Assembly: GCF_006345805.1 (NCBI RefSeq)
Contig: NC_043009.1
Coordinates: 27,032,001-27,096,000, forward strand
DNA length: 64,000 nt
Origin: Octopus sinensis
Taxonomy: Eukaryota
Direction: 5' to 3'
Below the pieces are notes generated by a model. It made no database searches and was not told where the DNA came from. It saw only the letters and a list, made by a program, of their open reading frames with translations. The translations under genes and the position numbers were made by a program. Below, one piece after another: positions 13,819 through 23,241 of this stretch; within the stretch, counting starts at the first letter, position 1, and every line of letters begins with the position of its first letter.

Positions 13819-16609
13819 ATATACCCATAAAACATAGTTTTATATTTATTCTAACTTAAAATGCTTTACATTTTTTATTAATTGATATTTTTATGTTTCA
13901 GGTTCTATATGTGACTTAATTATGCCACGTAAAAAAGAAGCCTTCGAACTGTTCGAATTTCAAAGAAGCCGGTGGACTTAATCAACGTAAAATCGCAGAA
14001 AACCTTGAGATCACGCTTTCTACAGTTAATAGAGTGGTTGTGTAATTCACCAGAGAAAAGAAGGAGTCAACATCCCCTTGCCCAGGTCGACCAGTGCCCT
14101 CTGACAGGACCCTTCACTTTGGTAAGAGAAGTGGGGAGGATAATCCTCGTTACAAGGCCTCTGACGTAGCAAAACAAGTTGGTGTCAGTCCCTGAACAGC
14201 AGTCAGGTATCTTCACAGTCAGGTATCTTCAACTAGCCAATATAAAGCAGAGAAAAGATTGGGCTAATGAGATGTGGGAGAGGTTACTAGCAGGTTGGGA
14301 CACTGTCATATTCTCTGATGAGTCCAGATTTGCTATATTTTCTAACTGTGGTCGGGTGTGGGTCTGGAGACTCTGTGATCAAGAAATCGATGTGCAAAGG
14401 TTGTAGCCAACAATGAAACATGGTGGCTGTGCTATGAATGTCTGGGGAGCAATTTGGAGTAATGATCGATCAGAGCTGGTGGAGTGTGAGGGAAACATAA
14501 ACTCAGATAAATATGTATCCATATTGCAGAAAAGACGCTTTCCAATCTTCTCTGGTGGTGAAATGATTAAAGAAGACTATTTATGGAAGATGAGGTCTCC
14601 TTGGCACATGGCAAAAATAACCCAGGATTTGTTGGATGAGAATGGCATTAAAAAGCTTCCATGGGCAAACCAGTCACTAGATATGAACCCTATTGAACAC
14701 CTCCGGGACATAATAGACAGGACACTTCATAAAAAGAAGAAAGCATCCTTAAATCCAGATTTTTTGATATTGCTGCATGAAACATGGCAAGAAATTCGTT
14801 AAGAGAATATTCGTCATCTGCTCAGCAGCATGCCTAAAAGCGCATGTCTACTAAATATTAGATATTCACATTATAATAATAAATAATTTGAATGTATAAT
14901 TTCAGATTTAAATAAATTTTAGCGATTATAAGGGTGTCTATTTACTTCTGACATATCAGTGTATATATGCATACACACTCCTGCAGATACATATACTTAC
15001 ACGTACACCATTTGACAGCATTTAGTTGAGCGATTCACTCACCTCGCTTACAATTGAAGAAAACTCCTCTGTCAGAAATTTCCGTCCATAAGAACACTGT
15101 AGTTTAGATGAATTACTTGGTGGTGTTGTATAATGTGTCCCAGTGAAACTATTGTTATATACGGAACATTGATCATCACCGTCTGGTTGAAGCATTTGTA
15201 AATATTCATTCTCTGTAAGATTTGCAGGAATTAACGAAGCATTAAAGTTCGGAGGGTAGCATAAAAAAGGAACCTTTGCACTGATAAATGGCAAGTTCAG
15301 TTCTGAAAATCTTGAAAACAGCCATATAATAGAAATGTAAGCGTACAACCAGCGTTGATAAGGTCCAAAACCACCACATTTTTCTAAAATATGTGTAATA
15401 TCTTTATCTGATATACCTGAAAGACGAAAAATAAATAATGTAAACCATGTAATTTATACATATTATTATGATATTATTATATAAATATCAAAATGAAAAT
15501 ACTTCGCAATGGGCCTTTGTTGTTCAATAAAATTACATTGTAGATAGAAATATTGATCTTAAAATTTTTTGTTAAGGTTATTTCTACAGATTTTCAATAG
15601 AGGTTAGAGCCAGTACTGACCAATGCCGTTTCCTACTATGTTAAGACTTTATAGTTATCTGTAGAGATAACCTCAACATGTGATTTAATAGCACTGCTAA
15701 CACAGTAGGACACAGCATTTGACTTATAAAACGTTTAATGTATTTTGTAGTATATTATAGTTGCATAACTATGTGAGGTTTCCCCTCAAGTAATCAAGAT
15801 TATTTGTGCGAATTTACTTTAGATCTGATATAAACCACGTGAAACATCATTCTATTGGTCTTACAAAGAATCAAACTGAAGCAATGTGGATAGTATACTT
15901 CATTTTGTTATTTATGGTACTACACCGTGTATATGAAATGATCCATTTGACTGGTGAAAGACTCACTACGCAGTTGCTTATCTTCTTTATGCGTTTTCTT
16001 TTGCTAATTCTCCAGCTTTGATGTTCCCCTTAATATCTGCGTATCCAGGTACCAAAACCTTTGTTATTTGTTCATTATTTTCCACTAAATAATTATCAAT
16101 TTTTACGAGGGCATTTTCAGTTTTCTAAATCCAACCTCTTGATGTTCTTGATTGAAATCCATCTAGGTTCGACAGAATATCATCGGATGGAAAACCTTTT
16201 CCTCATTGAAATTTCTATGTACGAAACGAAGGACATGATCATTCTCCACCACTCTACAAGAAATATTGTAAATATTTTCTATAGTTTAAAAAGTCCCACA
16301 TCATACAAGATGGTCTGAGCGTGACTCGGTATATGCAATGAGCGCATCACTAAACCAATTATTAAAACCGTTTGATTGTAGGATTTTGTTATATTTGTCC
16401 TTTGCGTTCTGTTTGCATTTTGTTATTTTTATTGTCAAAGACGTAAATTATCTCCCTAAAGTAAACAAGGGATCAACAAGTTAATCAATTATTAAAATAA
16501 TTAGTTCATAAGAAAGTTTATGAATGAGTCGTAATTGGAACAAATATAATTATTTACGTGTAGCTGTTTGTGCTTTTGATACCAGTTGAAATTCTTCATT
16601 TTCATCCAT
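3055..16609 (-). CDS. SLC22-family organic cation/anion transporter (Orct-like), gene A, 9 coding exons, 548 aa
   Basis: Exons 16609-16558, 15416-15043, 12230-12127, 10756-10602, 8083-7915, 5922-5650, 4701-4487, 4056-3948, 3250-3055; all GT-AG and in frame (1647 nt); motifs [46 protein letters not shown]. Confidence 0.93.
3948..4056 (-). CDS. Gene A coding exon 8
   Basis: [37 protein letters not shown]; 109 nt, AG/GT flanks. Confidence 0.92.
4487..4701 (-). CDS. Gene A coding exon 7
   Basis: [10 protein letters not shown]...GNRYLNY...IVEFP...NFVTE; 215 nt. Confidence 0.92.
5650..5922 (-). CDS. Gene A coding exon 6
   Basis: FVPESPRW...[23 protein letters not shown]; 273 nt. Confidence 0.92.
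5998..6365 (+). mobile_element. Two tandem tRNA-derived SINEs with Nin-like domain
   Basis: GGCGGTGAGC..GAATCG head, GGTTCAA B-box, GAGGTCAACTTTCATCCTTTCGGAGGTTGATAAATAAAATACC core; same family recurs at 26-27 kb, 48.5 kb, 50.4 kb and 55 kb. Confidence 0.8.
6500..7345 (+). mobile_element. Degenerate Rex3/Expander-like RTE LINE 3' fragment (gene A intron 5)
   Basis: [36 protein letters not shown] motifs; homologous copy in gene B intron 5. Confidence 0.7.
7915..8083 (-). CDS. Gene A coding exon 5
   Basis: [11 protein letters not shown]...[12 protein letters not shown]...FFIW; 169 nt. Confidence 0.92.
8500..9115 (+). mobile_element. Degenerate Penelope-like RT fragment
   Basis: [52 protein letters not shown]; same type as the element at 18 kb but a different family. 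Confidence 0.8.
9671..10585 (+). mobile_element. Mariner transposon, internally deleted
   Basis: TIRs TTGGGTCATCCCATAAA at both ends with TA flanks; [27 protein letters not shown] motifs; central catalytic segment missing. Confidence 0.9.
10602..10756 (-). CDS. Gene A coding exon 4
   Basis: [13 protein letters not shown]...[16 protein letters not shown]; 155 nt. Confidence 0.92.
12127..12230 (-). CDS. Gene A coding exon 3
   Basis: [35 protein letters not shown]; 104 nt. Confidence 0.93.
12662..12900. repeat. ~240-bp fold-back (inverted repeat) next to (TA)n
   Basis: Arms of ~114 nt (TATACGTGTGAGTGGAC... / ...GTCCACTCACACGTATA) around the loop ACTAGCATCA. Confidence 0.9.
13365..13425 (-). 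ncRNA. Degenerate type I hammerhead-like motif in an interspersed repeat
   Basis: AAUAA-CUAAUGA-helix II-GAAAC-UCGGA-GUU-UUAUU; G5A core mutation; sister copy at 29267. Confidence 0.5.
13820..14962 (+). mobile_element. Tc1-like transposon, frameshifted
   Basis: [37 protein letters not shown] motifs; right end ...CATATCAGTG-TA; left TIR lost in a (CA)n tract. Confidence 0.85.
15043..15416 (-). CDS. Gene A coding exon 2 (TM1 and large extracellular loop)
   Basis: [22 protein letters not shown]...CYPP...QCSVY...QCSYG...SSIVSE; 374 nt. Confidence 0.92.
15960..16320 (-). mobile_element. Ancient retroelement remnant with RNase H motif (gene A intron 1)
   Basis: [19 protein letters not shown] resembles WVPGHxGIxGNExADxLAK; the homologous position in gene B (45370-45435) reads [18 protein letters not shown]. 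Confidence 0.5.
16558..16609 (-). CDS. Gene A coding exon 1 (start codon)
   Basis: [17 protein letters not shown](R); phase-1 donor matches exon 2; acceptor-like AG at 16664-16665 suggests an upstream 5'UTR exon; conserved in gene B. Confidence 0.8.
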
Positions 16610-17431
16610 TGTAACAACATGGATATTTTAGAACTTCTCTTCAAATTTGTTATTTTTATTTACCTAAAAGAATATTTCAAAGAGAAAAACACATTAATTG
16701 AATGAGCAAAATTATTCACGTCTATTCAGAGAAAACAATGTTAGCAGATATATTGTAATACGGTTATTACATTAACATCGGTCATTTTAGGCAAGAAGCT
16801 ATATTTTTCTTGCAGGAAGAAAAAATAGTTTTCCAAGGATAATTTCTTTTGATCGGTTCTTAGGGCTTCTCTGAGAACCTCGACATCTTTGTCTACCACT
16901 AATCCTCTTTAGACCGCCAACATGGAGTTTTCACGGACCGCGTCCTCCGATTAGTTGAGGGCTGTGGGGGCTTCACAGCCTTTTTGGTTTCAAGCACCCT
17001 ATTTCAGTCTATACTTCCTCTCGACAACAATTCCCAGAGATGCACCAAGGGGTGCAGTAGAAACTAACCGTGAACTGTTGAAAACATAAATAATAGTAGT
17101 ACGGCTACAAGACTGACATTAAAGTCATAACAACACACGGTATTGATGATGAATTTTTAGCAAATAAAATAATGATGAAGACTTCGCCTAGCAAATTATT
17201 TTATTTGCTAAAATAAGTCAGAAACCATGGTCCAGGAAAGAGATGGTAAATGTTTTTACTTTTCATTCCCTTCGCGTTTTTATCCATAATGGTGGTTTGG
17301 ACTTTGGCGGTTCCTTCTAGCGTGGAAGGAAACCTATGGCGGATACCTCTTATGTGTTTAAATGTACACTGTATTATATATATATATATATATATATATA
17401 CGCGAGAAAGAAGCAACAAGAATGGATAGGT

Positions 17432-17522
17432 TTTTAGTACGATCGTTTCATACAAGGACAGGTTTTATTAAAAGTTGCAAAGATTACAGCATATAAACGA
17501 GTCCCGTACTCATCAGCTAAAA
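17432..17522 (-). ncRNA. Type I hammerhead ribozyme motif, inverted pLTR copy
   Basis: Exact reverse complement of 17766-17856. Confidence 0.82.
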
Positions 17523-17765
17523 TACATGTAAGTTCTCTAGACATCCTAGTGATTGAGGCTATACTCATGAAGTAATGTAGATAATTAAACAGATTTCTAA
17601 AGTTCATTAAAGTTCTTTAAAGATGATGTACAGTCTTATCACAGAATTTTAAAAAAGTTTTGATAGCATCACAGAGAAGGTGACCTAATCCATAGAATTT
17701 CCATAGATATGATGAGGGATTATATACTCACAGAAGACAAATTTATCCATTGTTAATTACATGTA

Positions 17766-17856
17766 TTTTAGCTGATGAGTACGGGACTCGTTTATATGCT
17801 GTAATCTTTGCAACTTTTAATAAAACCTGTCCTTGTATGAAACGATCGTACTAAAA
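17766..17856 (+). ncRNA. Type I hammerhead ribozyme motif, 5' pLTR
   Basis: UUUUAG-CUGAUGA-[GUACGGGAC...GUCCUUGUAU]-GAAAC-GAUC-GUA^-CUAAAA; complete core, palindromic helix III ACGAUCGU. Confidence 0.85.
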
Positions 17857-18059
17857 ACCTATCCATTCTTGTTGCTTCTTTCTCGCTTATAATCACCCCA
17901 CATTACTGTATTGTTAAATCAGTATAGTTTTTTTTGGTGCATCTAAGTTAGGTACCATATTCAAGTAAATTTTTTTAAATTAACTTGAATCTTTATTGCT
18001 CTTTGAATATATTCCCATACAGTCTGTATGTTTTTCTGGTACTTAATTTCTCAACAAGA

Positions 18060-20033
18060 ATGGAAAAAGTAAACATTGAGTTCTCCCCTAAAGACATCCC
18101 CTTACATAGTATAGATGAATATAATTGGCTTCTCATTCATAGGATTAACGATTTCATTAGAAGAATCAGGTGGAAAACGTACCATTTTGATGTCAAACAG
18201 AAGAAGAAACCTCAGGAAATGAATACCGAAAAGAATTTTAGAAGAATTTTTAAAAGTAGAAAAAGCCCACCTCAGAACCCATTCCTGGAGAACTTTGAGA
18301 AAGACTTGCTGAATCTTATAGATGATATTAGCTTCAATGAACACCCGTTAAGATATAACCCTCACCTTAGACACCTTAGGAACTTTATTCAGTCAACCCG
18401 GTGCAAACATGGAATCCTAGTACCAGCAGATAAAACGGGTAATATGTATAGAGTTGATTACGATATTTATAGCAAATTAATTAGGAAAGAACTAAACTCC
18501 AAATATAAAATTACAACTAAGAACAATTTGAAAAAAGTAAACATGGAAATGAAGGAGATCATGGAGAAACTAAATTTAACAGATAGAACGGAGCCACTTA
18601 AACCCTGTGAGCCCAGGATCAACCTTAAAGACCACAAAAAGGACTTCTTGGATAACCCTTCAGTAAGGCTGATCTGTCCAACTAAGTCGGACATTGGCCG
18701 ACTTAGTAAATCTATCCTGGATACTGTTCTACCCCAAATAACCCCTCTTCTCCCCTTAAACCTATGGCTAAGTACCGACGAAGTTCTAAAATGGTTTAAC
18801 TCTCTAACTAATACTAGTAGTCTGTCCTTTATTCAGTTCGATATTAATAGTTATTACTCTAGCATTTCCCCTATCTTACTCAACAAATCACTAATATTTG
18901 CCATGAATCGCTCCCTCATAACTAGAGAAGAAATCAATATTGTGCTACTAGCTAGGAAGACATTTATTGAATTTGAAGATAAATTATGGACTAGAGCAGA
19001 TACACCAAATTTTTTTGATATACCAATGGGTTCCAGTGATTCGGCTGAGGTAACCAACCTAGTAGGCGCATATCTATTAAAATGCATAAGCAAGGATATC
19101 CCAGAAATACAGGGGGGTCTATATAGAGATGATGCTCTGTTTGTTATCCCTAGTAATAATAAATCTGTTATAGAAAGGATTAGAAAGAAAATTAATAAGT
19201 TCTTTAAGGATTTCAACCTCAGTATAACGTATGAACCGGGCACTAAAATAGCTAATTTCCTAGATATTACCCTAGACCTTAACTCCAAGCTACATTACCC
19301 ATTTAGAAAGGAAGGCGAAGTCACGAATTACGTAAATAAATTATCAAATCATCCCCCAAATATAATAGAATCTTTAGTAAGAAATATTTCATTAAGAATT
19401 TCAAAATTATCATCCAATAAGGATATATTTAACTCCCATTCTGAGCATTATAATGCGGCGTTAACTAAGGCTGGATACAACCAAAAGATTACATTCGTTG
19501 ATAAGGAGAACTCACGTATTCCTAATAATGAAGTTATCAGTAATCACGTAAGCAGCAAAAAAGACCAAGCCCGAAATAAAAGTAGAATTAAATTAACGGT
19601 AAACGCTAATCTAGAGTACAGGCCCAACAATTCAAATAGAAGCATTGACCAGAACATAGGTAACTCGGATAAGATTGAAGTAGATAAACCTAAGATGCAC
19701 ACAAATAAAAATAAAAATAATGGTAATAAATACAATAACTCCGGTGAGATGAATAGTAGTAATTCTACGAACCCTAAATTTTATAAAAAAGATATATTAT
19801 GGCTGAATATTCCTTTCAACTGTGCGATACAATCGGATATACAGAACAAATTCAAAGTGATTCTGGAAAAAAATTTCCCTATCTCTCATAGATATCATAG
19901 AATTATTTCTAGGAAAACAGTTAGGATTTCTTATTCAACCCTCCCAAATATGTCCACTTTAATAGCTAAAATTAATAATAACAACATTAAACTAGCCAGG
20001 AAAGATAGAAATAAAATAATAATATCAGAATGA
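18060..20033 (+). CDS. Penelope-like reverse transcriptase (ORF part 1)
   Basis: ADKTGNMY, LKDHK, VRLICPTKS, FIQFDINSYYSSI, PMGSSDSAEV, GLYRDD, NFLDITLD, SNHPP; first ATG at 18060. Confidence 0.92.
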   Translation: MEKVNIEFSPKDIPLHSIDEYNWLLIHRINDFIRRIRWKTYHFDVKQKKKPQEMNTEKNFRRIFKSRKSPPQNPFLENFEKDLLNLIDDISFNEHPLRYNPHLRHLRNFIQSTRCKHGILVPADKTGNMYRVDYDIYSKLIRKELNSKYKITTKNNLKKVNMEMKEIMEKLNLTDRTEPLKPCEPRINLKDHKKDFLDNPSVRLICPTKSDIGRLSKSILDTVLPQITPLLPLNLWLSTDEVLKWFNSLTNTSSLSFIQFDINSYYSSISPILLNKSLIFAMNRSLITREEINIVLLARKTFIEFEDKLWTRADTPNFFDIPMGSSDSAEVTNLVGAYLLKCISKDIPEIQGGLYRDDALFVIPSNNKSVIERIRKKINKFFKDFNLSITYEPGTKIANFLDITLDLNSKLHYPFRKEGEVTNYVNKLSNHPPNIIESLVRNISLRISKLSSNKDIFNSHSEHYNAALTKAGYNQKITFVDKENSRIPNNEVISNHVSSKKDQARNKSRIKLTVNANLEYRPNNSNRSIDQNIGNSDKIEVDKPKMHTNKNKNNGNKYNNSGEMNSSNSTNPKFYKKDILWLNIPFNCAIQSDIQNKFKVILEKNFPISHRYHRIISRKTVRISYSTLPNMSTLIAKINNNNIKLARKDRNKIIISE

Positions 20034-20902
20034 ATACCAATAGCAATAACAATAATACTACCAACAATAAAAACAGCAATAGGAACTATCAAAACATAGG
20101 TGAAATTAGTAACCACAGAATGACTAATAACATTAACATTAATAGTAATAATAACAATGCCGATATTAATAGAAGTAATATTGTTAATAATAGAAATAAT
20201 AGAAATAAGGCTAATGGAGAAAATAAGGAGAATGAAAATATCAGTGATATCTATAACAATAATATACAGTTGGATAAAAAGACTAACAATAATAATAACA
20301 TTACGAATAATATAAGAAATCTTGGTAGGACTTTACACCTAAATGATGAAACAGAAGGATCAATAAATAATAACAATACTTTAGATATCAGCACCAACTA
20401 TAGAAATGATAATCAAAATAATAGGAACCTTAAACATCTACCCAGGAATAATCCAAGGCCTGAAGTTGTTCCTCCTGTGTGTAAGTGTAGAATAAAATCA
20501 AAATGCCCGGCACCTGGTCTATGTAGGGAAAATAATGTAATCTATAAATGTACCATATCCACGGAGAATAACAAATATTTTTACATTGGCTGTACAATTA
20601 ATTTTTTAGCTAGAGTTAGAAATCACATCTCGACTTTTAAATTACGTCATAAAGCTGGTACCACCACACTTTCAAACAAAATCTGGGAACTCAAAAATAA
20701 TAATAAAAATTATACCCTTAATTGGGAAATAGTTAGGAGAGCAATTCCGTATAAAAATAGTAGGGTTGGTTGTCAACTATGCTCCATGGAGACGTACGAA
20801 ATTCTAAAGCATAGTAAACATAGAAACTTATTGAATAACCATATCGAACTAGGTCAAGTTTGTGTCCACGCTAAATTGAAGACTTTAAAATATTTTAAAT
20901 GA
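20030..20902 (+). CDS. Penelope-like Asn-rich linker, Cys knuckle and GIY-YIG endonuclease (ORF part 2)
   Basis: CKCRIKSKCPAPGLC, VIYKC...FYIGCT...R..NH, CQLCSME, CVH; overlaps part 1 by ATGA. Confidence 0.9.
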   Translation: MNTNSNNNNTTNNKNSNRNYQNIGEISNHRMTNNININSNNNNADINRSNIVNNRNNRNKANGENKENENISDIYNNNIQLDKKTNNNNNITNNIRNLGRTLHLNDETEGSINNNNTLDISTNYRNDNQNNRNLKHLPRNNPRPEVVPPVCKCRIKSKCPAPGLCRENNVIYKCTISTENNKYFYIGCTINFLARVRNHISTFKLRHKAGTTTLSNKIWELKNNNKNYTLNWEIVRRAIPYKNSRVGCQLCSMETYEILKHSKHRNLLNNHIELGQVCVHAKLKTLKYFK

Positions 20903-22346
20903 TTGGAATATTCATAACTAGATAGATAGATATAACTTGATTTCTACTAGTATAGCACTGCTTTAAGTAGATAACTAAGAGTTCTCACATTACAGTTATC
21001 TTTATCTTTTTCCTTATATCTGCATCAGTTTTTTGAGAACAGGGAAATGAATAGTACTTATTCGCTACTTAATTGAGGCTTTATTTAATTTCAAACTCAC
21101 AATTTTTAAATTCTTAATTTTAAATCTTAATTGTAATATTTAATTTTAATTCCTAACTTAATCTAATTTAAATAGCATAACTCTAATAAATTATAATTAG
21201 TTACTGTAGCCCCATAATTCTATTTCATAATTAAATAAATAAGGCTATTCCCTCGGTGATAATATGATTATCTTCATTATGATAGACAATCCCCTAACAC
21301 CTTGTAAATGATCTTATAAGATTTGACCTGTAGTCAGTCAATGTATGAATAATAACGACAACTCCTTAAGACAATATAATGAATAAATTAAATAAGTAAA
21401 TTTTTAATGACTTTTTGATAAGATTATACTTAGATTTTCCTAATGTATTTTCTGGTGATTTTAGCATCTGACCCCTTAACCCCTGACTGTGTTATCTCTT
21501 TAGATTCTCTTTAAACTCATAGCTGATTTCAACAGCAATAAATTAACGGTTTACTGGTCAAAGAATAATATTCTCCTCTAGTTCCTAGATGCCTGTTGAT
21601 TAAAACCAGACTTACAGTCTACTAACTCTTCTGTATAACTAGAACCCTCTTTTTTCTTTTTCTTTTTTTCCCTTCTTTCCCTATTTCTTTCTCTTTTCTC
21701 TTTTTTCTTTTTCTTCTTCTTATTCTCTGTTTCCTTTTCTCTTCTCTTTTAGTCCCCCTCCCCCCCCCCTTTTTGCTCCCTCCTCCATTATTTTCTCTCT
21801 TTTCTTCTATTCCCTTCTCTATTCTTGGCCGATCTAGTAAGCCCTTCAGCCTTTAAGAGTTAAATAGCTACAGCCTCTTGTGAATAGCAGTAATGTGATT
21901 AATGTGGCAAACACCTAATCATATAACAAGGATTGATACCTACCTCATTGTGTTCAACCATTGTAAAATTTATCGCCTGTGAATATGAAATTCATCTCCA
22001 TTTCTCTGGAAATTTACATCTACACCATTGGAATCTGTGCATGTATACAAAGGATTAATTCACCCTCTCTGTAATGCTAATAAGCAGGAATTGAGACCCA
22101 CCTCGTTGTAATTAACAATGGATAAATTTGTCTTCTGTGAGTATATAATCCCTCATCATATCTATGGAAATTCATATGGATTAGGTCACCTTCTCTGTGA
22201 TGCTATCAAAACTTTTTTAAAATTCTGTGATAAGACTGTACATCATCTTTAAAGAACTTTAATGAACTTTAGAAATCTGTTTAATTATCTACATTACTTC
22301 ATGAGTATAGCCTCAATCACTAGGATGTCTAGAGAACTTACATGTA

Positions 22347-22437
22347 TTTTAGCTGATGAGTACGGGACTCGTTTATATGCTGTAATCTTTGCAACTTTTA
22401 ATAAAACCTGTCCTTGTATGAAACGATCGTACTAAAA
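22347..22437 (+). ncRNA. Type I hammerhead ribozyme motif, 3' pLTR
   Basis: Identical to 17766-17856; predicted cleavage after 22431. Confidence 0.85.
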
Positions 22438-22585
22438 ACCTATCCATTCTTGTTGCTTCTTTCTCGCTTATAATCACCCCACATTACTGTATTGTTAAAT
22501 CAGTATAGTTTTTTTTGGTGCATCTAAGTTAGGTACCATATTCAAGTAAATTTTTTTAAATTAACTTGAATCTTTATTGCTCTTT

Positions 22586-22700
22586 TATATATATATATAT
22601 ATATATATCCTTCTTCCCTTTTTCCTGAGCGTCCAATAATACTTTATTTGTTCCACATCCTTGCGTTGTGTTTTTTGTTTTCTTGTTTGGATTAACTTTA

Positions 22701-22783
<83 letters not shown>

Positions 22784-22834
22784 TATATGCATATATATAA
22801 TATATATATGTATATATATATAATATACATATAT

Positions 22835-22877
<43 letters not shown>

Positions 22878-22955
22878 CTATAAATCTATATATATCTGTG
22901 CGCGAGTGCGTCTTTATATATATCTATCTGTCTATCTATCTATCTATCTATCTAC

Positions 22956-23039
<84 letters not shown>

Positions 23040-23104
23040 TTATCTATATATCTATCTATCTATCTATCTATTTATATACACACATATATATCTTTATATA
23101 TATT

Positions 23105-23152
<48 letters not shown>

Positions 23153-23192
23153 AATATATATACATATATATGCGTGTATGTGTGAGTATGCG

Positions 23193-23240
<48 letters not shown>
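22586..23240. repeat. (TA)n/(TCTA)n microsatellite block with a short interspersed repeat (22608-22698)
   Basis: Direct reading; 22608-22698 matches 48098-48187. Confidence 0.9.

Positions 23241-23241
<1 letters not shown>

Larger units (their letters stand above)
17402..22585 (+). mobile_element. Near-intact Penelope-like retroelement (Nematis-like) with direct and inverted pseudo-LTRs, inserted in (TA)n
   Basis: 17757-18004 = 22338-22585 (direct); 17402-17760 = reverse complement of 22108-22467; RT and C-terminal GIY-YIG ORFs; (TA)n on both sides. Confidence 0.95.

Noticed and set aside
17940-18025. Possible short intron in the Penelope 5' region (GT...CATACAG)
   Set aside because: Donor sites are weak and there is no transcript evidence
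18102-19735. Antisense ORFs inside the Penelope and RTE coding regions
   Set aside because: Shadow frames of the real ORFs, with no motifs of their own
20030-20033. TGA ending Penelope ORF part 1 read as selenocysteine, as in Naiad elements
   Set aside because: The endonuclease is in a different frame, so readthrough would not join the domains; GIY-YIG is C-terminal, unlike Naiads; no convincing SECIS seen
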